From Chrysomallon squamiferum (taxonomy: Eukaryota > Animalia > Mollusca), in contig CM022670.1 of NCBI GenBank assembly GCA_012295275.1, positions 20,212,001-20,276,000 on the forward strand: a stretch of 64,000 nt of DNA, in the 5' to 3' direction. Shown here one piece after another: positions 39,321-51,634 of this stretch. The position numbers were made by a program, and so were the translations under genes. Numbering within the stretch: position 1 is the first letter of the stretch; each line of letters begins with the position of its first letter. The notes beneath the pieces were generated by a model. It did no database searches and had not been told where the DNA came from. It saw only the letters and a list, made by a program, of their open reading frames with translations.

Positions 39321-40025
39321 GTATGTCACTACTTCCTTTTACCTTAATCAGTACAGCCAGTGATGGTGTTGAAAATTATATAGGTGATGTCACTACTTCA
39401 TTTTACCTTAATCAGTACAGCCAGTGATGGTGTTGAACATTGTATAGGTATGTCACTACTTCCTTTTACCTCAGTATACAGCCAGTGATATGTCACTATC
39501 TTCATTTTACCTTAATCAGTACAGCCAGTGATGGTGTTCAATATTGTATAGGTTATGTCACTACTTCATTTTACCTTAATCAGAACAGTACAGACTGTGA
39601 TAATACTGAAAATTACACAGGTATAATACTACTGTGTTTTATTGCAGTAAGTACAGCATATAATAGTGTTGAAAATTATATATTTTTCATTATTTTGTTC
39701 TCCCTCAGTATAGCCTGTAATAGTGTTGAAAATTATACATTTGTGTCACTACTTTATTTTATCACAGTCAGTACAGCCTAAGAAAATTATCTAATTATGT
39801 CACTACTTTGTTTGCCTTAGTATAGCCTGTGGTTGTGTTGACTGTTATATAGGTGTGTCACTACTTTGTTTTACCTTAATCAGTACAGACAGTAAAAGTA
39901 CTGAAAATTATAGTTATGTCACTACTTTGATTTATCTCAATCAGTAAAGCAGTGATAATAATGATAATTATATAGGTATGATACTACTTTGTCTTACCTC
40001 AGTAAAGCAGTGATAGTGTTGAATT
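39272..40025 (+). repeat. ~63-bp degenerate tandem array (~13 units) whose first unit spans the 3' end and donor of eya exon D
   Basis: Unit approximately TTTTACCTYARTCAGTACAGCCAGTGATRGTGTTGAAAATTATAYAGGTATGTCACTACTTC, starting near 39273, 39337, 39401, 39464 (short), 39505, 39569, 39637 and onward. More diverged distally. Confidence 0.95.
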
Positions 40026-42099
40026 TTGTTTTACACTAGAATCACTACCAATAATAACACTAAATGTTTTACAGATTTCACACTGTTATTAATTATTTAT
40101 AAGCAAAACAAGTAATAACAGTATAGACTATGATATATAAATATTATATGTTTGATATTTTAGTTCTTTTTATTATATATTCTTGGTATATCTTATCATA
40201 ATGTCATCTGATTTGTATAATGACCAAAGCCCTGTAAATTTGATATTATTAACTATATTGGGTAACTTTCACAAGAATGAATATACTGTCTCATTGCACC
40301 ACATGATAATCCTGTTAATTATCAAGGTAAAATATTTTATTGTTAATTACCTATAAATGTCAGTAGCTATAGATGATTTCACAGGTAGGTTGTGATTTTT
40401 GTTATCTGTCTGTGAAGCTGTTTAACAATATGACTTAGTGAATATATTAATATTTATTACCTTGCTGATTCATTTTAATAATGACAAAGGCAGTGTAGGT
40501 CACAGTGACATAGGTAGTTATCTCGGTTAATAAAAACTTTTATATGTCATCACTCCATCTGAGTTAATATTATTTTATGTTTAGTTATATTGCTGATCTC
40601 TAATATAAATGTTTCCCAAGATAATTACATTTTGAGATTTCTGCTGACTATATATATATATATATACATATATTTGTGTGAGTAAAATTGCCATAGACAT
40701 CATTTTTCTAACATTCTTTTTAACACACTCATTTTATCAACTGCAGAAATGTTGTGTGTATGCACATAACTACAGATACTAGCAATATATGTAATCTGTG
40801 ATAGGTAATGATTTAAAAACAACAGCTTATATGATACAACTTAAAGTAAAGAATAAATATAAGAATATTTCTTAAAAACCTGAACACTTTTAATATTAAA
40901 CAGTGTTAAACTGTATTGTGACTTTTGTTTATCTTATAATAAACTCCATTGCTATAATTTTATGGACTATTACTATCATTTTACAGAAAGATTTATATAA
41001 TAATGTATTTTCTGTATCAGTAATAAAGATAAAGCTGTTGGAACTCTTGTTGAATAGAATTTAAAAAGTTATGAATACGATTTCTCTGTTGAGCATTGAG
41101 TGTAAATAACAGACTTTTCATGACATTTTCCTTCTTTCATTTTATATATATATATCTAAATCCATCATCTGTTGTCATATATTTCACTTTTTGTAATTAT
41201 TTCACAAGAATTATATAAAAATAAAATGCCAGATGGTGTCAATTTCAGATATACATTTATGCTTTTGTAATTTGCTAGCATAATTTTCATCCCAAAATGT
41301 GATTGAACAACAAACACAGCATTATTTATATACAGTTTATTCGAAATGAATCGTTTCATTGTTGTTAAAATTAAACTTTGAGAATTGCTCATAAATATTG
41401 TTTTGTCACAACACCAGTTAAAGATCTAATCACAACCACTAGTTAAGACCAGAATAAATTGGTTATGTCTGTATGCGACAATGAATTATTACCTATGTGA
41501 AAGATAAGGTGGAATTACAATGAGTTTTGAATGCAAATTTTATACTAAACTATATTATTTCTAAATTGCTTGGCCCTGAAATTCTGCAATTTATTAAAGA
41601 TTTATAAGATATTTTCAATATTCAAGTGTGTATGTACCTTTGAATGTGTTTGCCAGTAATTGATTTTAATTTTATTTTATTCCAGTTCAGGTTATATATT
41701 AGATTGCACATCACTTTTTCATCATTGTTTTACTCTTTTCAATGATACATGATAAAAATTAGTTTTATTTAAAAAAAAAACCCACCAAAATAAATATTTT
41801 CTTTTCACATTTTAAAACTATTCAAATTAGTTTATTTATAAATAATTGTGGTATAGATAACATTGTTTTGTTTGAAAAAACCCAACAACAATAAATAAAT
41901 AAACACCTGTTTTGGTATTCATTGTGTTAACTTGTGTATATATTTTAAGGCTTGTACTCAGGTTACCTAGAATTACGGTCAGGAAGCACTGACCTGAAAT
42001 GTTGGGGAAAAAAGCCTGATTTTAAATATCTCGCAGTTTGAAAGTGAAAAAAATATTTTACATAGTTTCAGTGATGCATTTTCTTGTATAATGAATGAT

Positions 42100-42255
42100 A
42101 AAAGAAGAAACCTGCTACAGTCATTTCAGCAGCAAGAGATCTTTTATTACATGCACATTCACAGGATAGCACATATGATGGCTTTAAATAAGCTATTTAT
42201 TGGACATGACTGAAATGGAATGATATGGTTTAACTTTGTGACCCATCACACTTCT
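42100..42255 (-). mobile_element. Decayed copy of the dispersed SINE-like repeat
   Basis: agaagaaacctgct..agcagcaagagatctttt..aggatagcacatatgatggcttt has the same motif order as 61435-61540. Confidence 0.5.
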
Positions 42256-44230
42256 AAGCTGTATTTCTATTTTGTTTGAGAAAAATAAAAATATTAATCA
42301 GTGCTTACATATGAATTTTGTTACATAGCATTAAGAGCTGTTAGTGTATACAATTGTTTTTATGCTTTTTGTATTATTAATTTAAAATAACTTTCAAAAA
42401 ACAAAAAAACTTATTCTTTTTTTTTTAAAGGAAAATCCAATTACTATTTATTGTTCAAATACTTAATTAAATGCATGCCAAACACAAAATACTGAAAAGT
42501 CATTTCACCCTTATAGATCTATTATTAAATTCAATTTCTATTAAAACTACATGTATTTCTAATTCTTCATGACAGTTACTACCTTAATAGCCTTGGCTTG
42601 GCATTAAATGAAAAATTACTTTTCCAAAACATATAGATCTATAGATTAATTTTAAAGTATAACATAATTTGAAAATGTCAGAAATCTTTATTGCATATTA
42701 TTATTTTTTTTTCTTTACTGCTTGAAAAACATTTATTTTATTTTATTTTGTTTTGTTTATTGGTTTTCATACATTTCTTCTTTATTATTTTTAAAATTTC
42801 TTTTTAAAAATTTTTTGCAAAGTTAACATTAATTTTGGTGCAGTTTTATAATCATATTAAATTTAAACATTTTTAAAAAAAAAGTTTTAATAAATCAAAT
42901 AACTATTGTTCTGGCATTCCATCTTAAGATAATAACTTCAGGAATTCATCGGGCAGTTTGTTTCATGATTTCCACAATTACTTTTAATCTTCCTCAAATA
43001 GTCTCCACAGTGAACTTCTCTCACAATCATCAAACACTTTCCCTTTTTGATTGCATCCCTGGAACAACATGTTTAATTCACCACACCATGAATCCTACCA
43101 GTCTCTACATTTTTATTGGAAACAGCTTGCTTTGGAGTGCCCTTGGGACAGCCCTGGACAGATTCAGATCAGTCCAATCAATATCATGTTGGAGTTTTAC
43201 ATCACTACTCATCACTATGAAGTGTGCCAATAGGAAGACAGAATAAAACTGCAGTGTTCCCACAATTTGTATCTCTGTTGTTTTTCCACCAAGACATGCA
43301 ATACTTGTGGGACAGCAATGTGGCAAAGATTCTGTTGGCCATTTCAGTCAGTTTTACTCAGTTTCTGTTCCTCAAGATGAAAACTAATCAATTGTGATGT
43401 TACATAAATTAGTTACTCGCAGCTTTCCTTGTTGGTCATATTTTCAAATGCATGTTGAATATGTCATATTCGTTCGAGACTCTTGCAAATAATTATTTCA
43501 CTGATCAAAGCCTGCAAGAACATTACTGTTGAAAACATTTCTTCTTCTAATTTCTTCTTTTTATTATAACTTAAATACATTATTTTTATATATTACATGT
43601 ATTTTGTTGTAAAATATTAAGATACATTCTGTTATTATGTTAATATTGAAATACACTTGCTCCCATTCAAAAATATAAATTCTGATACATTAAAACATTT
43701 GTACTGAAATGTATAATTTCTATTAAACTTTTCTTCCTCAGACCTTTTTATTTTAAGATATTTTTCTTCATCAAATTATAAATTGATCTTAAATTCCTGT
43801 AACAAAAGTTTAAGTAAAAGTAATTTTCTATTTATTATTACATATATTGACAATTGAAAATATTTCTATTTTTCCTTTTGTTTTATCACAAATAAATATG
43901 GGTTAAAATGATTAATACAAGATGCACATATTCTTTTGCATGTGTTATGATAAAATACATTTTAATGTACAATTTTTTCATGTATATTTAAGTGTTTTTA
44001 TATTTGTGATTCAGATATTTAATACTGAATTATATTATTTTTCACATGACGTTTTCTACCATTTGTGATCAATATGTTTTTATAATTATTTTTGTGTATT
44101 TATCATATTAGACATATTTTAATCTGACTCTTTATGATGTCACTGTTTTGTGTATATTATTATATTTCTTGCATATGCAATGTAGTTCTCTATTCACTGT
44201 AATAAATTTCATTTTCTTTTTTCTTTTCAG

Positions 44231-44291
44231 CTGATCCAAACAAGTCATCCCAGACACTTCAAAACTCATATGCCACATCAGATTTTTACAA
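44231..44291 (+). CDS. eya: eya coding exon E (ADPNKSSQTLQNSYATSDFYK)
   Basis: Long pyrimidine tract ttttcttttttcttttcag|CTGATC...TACAA|gtgagt. Phase 1 to 2 is exactly what bridges exons D and F. Confidence 0.85.
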
Positions 44292-45397
44292 GTGAGTCTT
44301 AATATTAACTGTCAAATTCATTTAAATATGTTTATTTTGAGCAATATCAGGATTTTTACAAGTTTTTATTACATAAACTGTTATGCATAATATACAAACA
44401 ACTAGAATTGGCTGTTAGGGCAAGAGGAGGCTGGTTTGTTGTTTTTTATGATATATAATTGTCATTATTATTATTATTATTTTTATTTACTTTAACTAGA
44501 TCACAGTCACTCTGTTTTTTTTTTATCTTCTTTCATTTATTTTTTTATTTAAAAAAAAAAAAAAAATATCCATGAGTTTCTTGGGAACAATTCCATTGAT
44601 TTTTATCACTAGTTTTTGTTTTGCCAATTTTCTCTGCCAATTGCTTATGAGTAGCAATGGTTGGTGCTTTTGTTTATGGTGATGGTTCTTGGTAATAACC
44701 ATATGTTAGAGCACCTTGGAGACTCCTCATGGAGACATAACTTTTGACATATGGTTTATTGGTGTGCATGGTAACGGTCAAAATAAGAAAATGAAATTGC
44801 TTGTGAAAACTGGCCACAGGAAGTGGATCTCTGTGAATCACCATGGAAACCTTATAAAAAGACTACTTTAAGAAGCCTGTAAATGATCTTCAGAAGGTTA
44901 TTTATTTTTTTTGTTAATATTTTTGTTGTTTTTAGCTACAGTATGAATCTAGAACTGAATTCTGTTAACTGCTAAGAGAAAAAAAAAATATCAAGGTCTA
45001 GTGATTATTAACCAAGATGGGAGATTTTTGTTTGTTTGTTTGTTTCTAAATATAATTTGATTATTTTAAAGTTAATTTGATTTTTGTTGAAATTTAAAAT
45101 TATTTTTGTTTGGAAGCATAGATAAACAATTTTCATTTTGAATTTTAAATAATTTTAAATAATTATTTTAAAGAAAAAAGGAGAGAAATAAAAGATGTGA
45201 TATGTAAAAATAAGAAATAAAAATAAACTTTGATTGATTAATGATTTCTTTATGTTGTCTGGCATAATGTAATAATCGTTAAAATACTATATTATAAAAG
45301 AAATTAAATTAAATTTGAAATTTTTTTTTATATATGAAAAAAATGGGTTTTTTGGATGAAGACATCATTTTTTATATATTTATTTGTGAATACATAG

Positions 45398-45498
45398 TTT
45401 ATTTATTTATTTATTTATTACTTTTTATTTTATTTTATTTTATTTTATTTTATTTTATTTTATTTTATTTTATTTTATTTTATTTTATTTTATTTTAT
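45398..45498. repeat. (TTTA)n/(TTTTA)n microsatellite
   Basis: Direct reading. Confidence 0.93.
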
Positions 45499-47026
45499 AT
45501 TAACCTATTTTAGTTGTCAGTCAAAGGAAATATATATTTAAAAAAAAAAAAAAAAATGAATTCAGATACTTTTTTTCATGTATATTATGGTCATCATCTG
45601 TTTGTGACATGTAGTTAAATTTGAAACTGGTGTTTCCATGTTTGATTCCAGCTACATATTTCCTTGTGTATATTTACTAAAAAAAAAAAAACACAAATAT
45701 TTTATTGCATATTAAATTTCATGCAGATTGCTGATATTAATAGCAGTAATATTTATATAACAATATAACATGAGTTTAATTGTGATTTTAAAAATCTGTA
45801 TGTATCATTTATATTAATGACTTTCCATATGGCTGAATATTAAAAATAATTAGATTGTTAAATTTCACAGATTAACTTGTACTTATCTAGACCTTTGTTT
45901 GAATTAGGTACTGTTTTTGCCTTGATCATTCTACCAAAAATTCAGTCTTTCAAGGCACATAAGACTAGCAGTATAACCAGCATATTACTATTAAAACTAA
46001 TTTCATTTGACACTTGCTTATCTTTTGCTTGTGAGGATTCTAACGCCAAAAATATTTATTGGGAAATGATCCCACAACCTTCCAGCTTTAAAGCCAGTAC
46101 CATAACCACTACAGCACTGAAGTAGGTTTATTGTGATGATGTTTGACATTTGTTTATGTTTTGCTGTGAGAGTTCTAGCTCAGACTTAGAGTGTTTATCT
46201 TGAGGCTATTTGACACACTGCCCAGTATCAACATTCAACCTGTTTGAAGTGAAGGGAACACTTTGTACAAAATAATAGCCCAATCAGACCTGGCTACATA
46301 GCATGGAATAACACTTGATTCTACTCCACTCTCTCTTGAGTGGCCTCTTTGTCATGGAAGCTCCATTGAAGGGGAGGGATTACATGACAGAATACCCATC
46401 ATGCATCATTACTAGACATTTTGTTGTGTCTTCTGCCACATATTTATGTTTATGGGTTATTGGGACTATTTTTTTTTTATATGATAAAGAATTATTTTAT
46501 TCTTTTATTTGTTTTTTATTATTTTATTTGAATTTATTGCTTTTTTTTGACTCATTTCATTGTTTTGACTTGTTTTTTAATTTGAATATCATTATGTTTA
46601 TAGTTTATTTTTATTTAATAATCTGCAATTTTTTCTCAGTTTATTTATTGGGTTGTTCTTTGTTAATGTCCTTTCTTTTTAAATTTCTGATTCTGAAATA
46701 AAATAGATTTTTATTATTATTACTTTTCATTTTTATTTTTATTTTGCCATAAATATGTCATTATTATGTATGATTTACGTATGATTATTGTATGGTTGTG
46801 AATGGAGTTCTATTCACATATCAAATTTATTAAATTAAACAAAATTATACTGCTTTTTATATTCTATAACAAGATGTCAGATATTTGAATGGATATATTT
46901 TTAAATAGCCTGTTTTCTATTTGGTTTCTGTAAAGAATTTTTTGAAATAATTAATTTTAAAACAAATTAATTGTTGAATGTTGTTTACTTTTCTGTAACA
47001 GTTGCATTATAAATTTAAAATTGTAT

Positions 47027-47028
<2 letters not shown>

Positions 47029-47065
<37 letters not shown>

Positions 47066-47082
47066 AACATATATATATATAT
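47029..47082. repeat. (AC)n-A-run-(AT)n compound microsatellite
   Basis: Direct reading. Confidence 0.9.
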
Positions 47083-47413
47083 AAAGTGAAATTTACATAC
47101 ATACACATATGTGTATACTGTCATTTTACTGATTAAATGGCATGCCAGTCTGAAAATTGCTGAAACATTATGGGAGATATTTTAATAATAAATAATATTC
47201 ATTATATGTAACCTTTTCAGATCAAAATGATATTAGGAAAAAATGTTCAGAATTTCATTTTTCAATCCTCAGGTTAAATTTTTTTTATTTAATCTTGAAA
47301 AATAGGTTTTTACACATATTTACACATATTTTAAAAGCTAAATGTTTTACAGTTTTATATTAACTGCTACAACTACTACTACTACTATTAATATGTTTCT
47401 TTTCTTCTTTCAG

Positions 47414-47652
47414 AAATGTTGCCATATCATATCCTCAGATCTTGACTTCAACTACTCCGTCCACTGAAGAAAACAGTGTCATTACAACATCGGAATCACA
47501 GAACAGCATTACAACAACAGCAAGTGCTGATACCTCCACCATGGCTTACGTAGGAGGTCAGAATTCATCATCATTCATTCAGTCAGGTTACCCATACCAA
47601 GGTGGTCAGAGCCATTATGGTATGCTTCCCACTGGATATACTACTGAGCCAT
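47414..47652 (+). CDS. eya: eya coding exon F (NVAISYPQILTSTTPSTEENSV...GYPYQGGQSHYGMLPTGYTTEP)
   Basis: tttcttctttcag|AAATGT...GCCAT|gtaagt, phase 2 to 1. S/T-rich; YPQIL resembles vertebrate YPHIL. Overlaps ORF-track entry 47442..47690. Confidence 0.9.
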
Positions 47653-48854
47653 GTAAGTTATGTTTATCCTTTCCCCTTAACCCACCTTAGTATATTTTAT
47701 GTAAATATAGGATTATAACTATCTGCATTTCCATAAAGACATTTAATATAAATATGGCTTATCACTGTCTCTATACGTACATTTATCCTACCATTTTGCA
47801 CCCTCCTGTAAATATATCTGACATAAAATTGGGGTTTCTTTAAATATGAATATTACCATCTACGTTTATGTGGTATATTTTTTAACTCATGTTTTTCAAT
47901 TGCTGTAAATAATTTGTTATAATAAAATATTTCTATTCATAATTCTATAGATTTATTTCATTATTTTCTATTAATATTGACAAAAATATATTTTTCATAA
48001 ATATAATCTATATCTATATATCTATTAATCTTTATACTGGTATATATTTCTCAGTTTAACTTTGTTTTTGATATATGTAAAAAGGATTTTCCCTACCTAA
48101 ATAATTGTTAAATTTTTTGTTATACATAAAAATTTGCCATTTATATAGATATATTTCTCCCTCATTTTTCATGCTTTTCTAAATGAATTTGATATATTTT
48201 ATTTTAATTATTTTTTATTTTTTTTATTTTTATTTTATTTTTATTTATTTTACTCAATTTTATTACATTGTATGCCTGCACTATCCCCACTGCCCGCATG
48301 AAAATTAAAAAACTAGGCCAGGTGTTGAATCCAGTGATACGGTTTTGGTAGTTTGGATTTAAGCTTTTCTGAAAGGATTTGATACCTCTCGTACCATATG
48401 TTTTGATTTTGTTTAAGAATAAAATTCATCCTTCTGTATGACCTGTTTGTTGCTCTGCCCCATTTCTGTTCATGCATAATCACCAGTTTTTGATATTTTT
48501 ATTTATTTTTTTATAATTATTTTAATTTGTTTTTAAATACAGTTTTAAATGTACCTAGATTTAAATTTTAGAGTAGTCAGGTTTTTAAAATGTGCAATTA
48601 TCTTCAGTGGAATAACATTTTGTTTACAATATGTAATTTGATATTTTACAAAAATATTTCATATACTGAACATTTTAAGAAAATTAGCATAATAGAGCAA
48701 TAATCAGATTATTAATCATAATTTACCAAATAAAAAAATTAAAAATTAAAAACATTGAATCATTGCATGCATTAACATCCACTGATTGATGCATAGTAAT
48801 AACAAAAATAACAAATTTGTGTTTATATAATAAAATATAATTGTTATTTTTCTT

Positions 48855-49140
48855 ATATTAATGTTGCATTTTATAGCATTTTTTTTAACGCAATCATCTT
48901 TGATGATTATTATTATATATATAATTATTTTTAATAACCACAATGGTATGCTGCACTTATAGCATTTTTCATTTTCAAAAAAATCATCATTGATAATGTG
49001 TTTATAACCATGAGTTTGCATTTCTGGCATTTTTCATTTTTAATGTTATTCTATTGTTGATAATATGTTTTTTTCAAATATGTACATAACTTTTTTTATA
49101 ACTATTTTATAACCACAATGTTATGTTGCATTTCTAACAT
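48855..49140 (+). repeat. Degenerate tandem repeat (about 4 partial copies)
   Basis: ATAACCACAATGGTATGCTGCACTTATAGCATTTTT (about 48935), ATAACCACAATGTTATGTTGCATTTCTAACAT (about 49109), with partial copies near 48860 and 49003. Confidence 0.6.
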
Positions 49141-51114
49141 ACAGTTACCTTGTCAGTGACAGACTCTCTGTTTCTCACACTGTTTTGTAGCTAACATTTT
49201 TATTAACTTGTTAAGATGTTAAAGCTGTTGAAAAACAAGCTCAATTTTCTCTTTTACTCACCCAATTATTGGTGGGCTTGAACCCTTTGAAGAATGTCTG
49301 TCTTTTTTACTCTTTTTTTTTTTTTTTTCTTCATTTTGTCCCAGTTTTCTTAGATTTCTTTATTTTCTTAACTACAAACCCAGATGTTTTGTTTCCATTA
49401 TGGCAAATGTAAATACTCAAAAATGACATAGTAAACATTTCTTGTTCTGTTACCTGCTGAGGGCTTTCCGTAAACATTCTTCAAAAAATATTTCTTTTTA
49501 CCCATTCTAATTTTAATGTTTTTTTTAAACAGAAGAGAGAGAGAGAAAAAAGATAATTTCTAAAGTTTCTGCGAAAATGTTGACTTTTTAAGTTTAGTGG
49601 TTGTTTTGGGGAGTTCTTTTTTTTTTTTCCAGTTTTTTGTTGTAAGGTTTTGCCAAAAATTCTGTAGAATTTAGTTTTTTTTTTTTTCAAAGTTTCTGAC
49701 AACTTTATATATGTTTTTTTTTTTTTTTTAATGTGTTTAAAAAAAAAAAAAAAAAAAAAAAGAAGAATTGCAGAAGATTTCCCCAATAATTTTACCATAA
49801 ACACAAGTCATGTGTTATTGAAAAGTTTGTTGATGTTTTTTTTTTTTTTTGTTTGTTGTTGTTTTAAATACAGCAAAACTTTCCACAGAAGTTTAGAATT
49901 ATGTTTTATAATTGTTGTTTTTTTAAACAAAATTACGTAAAATTCCTATTTTACTCTTTCATATTGTTGTTATTATTATCAGAATTATTTGAGGGCTTTT
50001 TGGGGGAGGTGCTAATTTTTCTATGAGTTTTTTTAATTTTTTTTTCTATTCTCAAAAATTCACACAAAAATAGTATGTCACATACTGATAGTTACTTTAC
50101 AATTGTCTGCTCCACTGGCCCCATTGAGTAGACTACCAAATTAACAGCAATTTATAATGGATGTCTGCCTTAGCATGTCCTGTACGGAAGGTTTTGTCCA
50201 TTCCTTTGGGCCAATTAATACACCCTGGTGTGACTCTACATATCAGAGAAAGATATCAAAGGAAACAGTTTTGTACATGATTTAGTCACACTTTGCCTAC
50301 AGCACTTTATCAAGTCCACTATTGTAGTGTTTGCAACTTAAAAGAAGACAGCAGATAAACAAGTATGTTGATTTTGGCTAGCTTCTATTGGGGCTTACAA
50401 AACTCTAATGACAATGATCTGAAGTACTTATTTATGTCTATGATGAACTGAAAGAGTTGATTATATTGGTGACATTATGCTTCGTCGCAGATACATTGTT
50501 GATATTGTTTGGGACATAACTAAATCTAGAGGCTACCCCCTTTTATTTTCCTTTTTTCTTCTTTTCTTTTCTTTTTCTTTTCACACTTGTTTCTTTAAAG
50601 TTGGTGGGATAGTGAATTATTGTGTGAAACTCTTTGCTGTTTTGAAAAGAAAGGGTGGAGAAAAATAAAATTTATTTGTGTATTGAGTCATGTAATTTGG
50701 TGGGAGATTATTTATCAAGTTTTATTAGTATTATTTGTATATCTTGTTTTCTTTTTAACCAGTTTATTATTTATTTATTTTTAAATTTATTATTTTCATT
50801 TAATTTTATTATTATTTTTTTCAATGTTTGTATATATTTTTTAAAAGTATTTTTTAATCTTGTTTGCACCACCCAACTACTGTTTATTTATTTTCTTGTT
50901 TGAATTTTTTGTCACAGCAATTCGTTTTAATATTTTTGTTATTAAAGTTATTTTAAATATGCCAATATATTTTGAAAGTATTTTTTTTCTTTTTTCTCTT
51001 TTTCTTTTTTTTGGTATTATTTAAGAGATTAGTAATAATGCCCTTTATAAACTAAATATTTTATTTTTCTTGTTTATCAGATTTTCTAAAAGTGTCCTAG
51101 CAAACTGTTAAAGT

Positions 51115-51385
51115 TCTGGTTAGTTTTAGCTATAGACTTATGGTCAAGTTAAGGGTTAGGATTACTTTCATTTTTCTGGATATAGATTATTTTACAGCTT
51201 GTTTCAGAGTTAGATTCATTTTTAAAGTCAGATTTAGTATTAAGATTGGTTCAAGGACTCCAGCAGGATGACAATCAGTTTAGGGTTGGTTTCAAAGTTA
51301 GGATTAATATTTATTTTAAATGAAGGGGCCAGTTTCTAGGTGATGGTCAGTTTTAGGGATGGTTTCAAGCAGATTTTAGTAGATT
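51115..51385 (+). repeat. Highly degenerate TTAGGG-like tract
   Basis: GTTAAGGGTTAGGATT, TTTAGGGTTGGTTTC, GTTAGGATT and TTTTAGGGATGGTTTC in a G/T-skewed patch. Confidence 0.45.
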
Positions 51386-51544
51386 AAATCAAATAATTCT
51401 GCTTTATATTGATTTGATGCTGGGACATCAGAAACTTTTTTTAAATTAAATGTTCCTTTTGTTGTTGGTTTATTTGTTTTGTTTTTTTAAATAAAATAAA
51501 ATAAAATAAAACACTGAGGCTCACTAATTCTGTTTTTTCTTCAG

Positions 51545-51634
51545 TGAAACTCAAACAACAAGCCCCAGTTGTTACCCCTCCCAGCTATATGGCAGGGAAT
51601 AACACCTTGTACCAGAACAGTACTGGATATTATG
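51545..51634 (+). CDS. eya: eya coding exon G (KLKQQAPVVTPPSYMAGNNTLYQNSTGYYG)
   Basis: ttttttcttcag|TGAAAC...TATG|gttagt, 90 nt, phase 1 to 1, open in the expected frame. Confidence 0.85.

Noticed and set aside
39440-39781. 113-aa ORF as a repeat protein
   Set aside because: A by-product of the 63-bp unit; frames shift between units and there is no ATG start or independent exon support.
39272-40025. CRISPR-like array
   Set aside because: Units are head-to-tail homologous along their whole length with no unique spacers, there are no cas genes, and the context is a spliceosomal intron.
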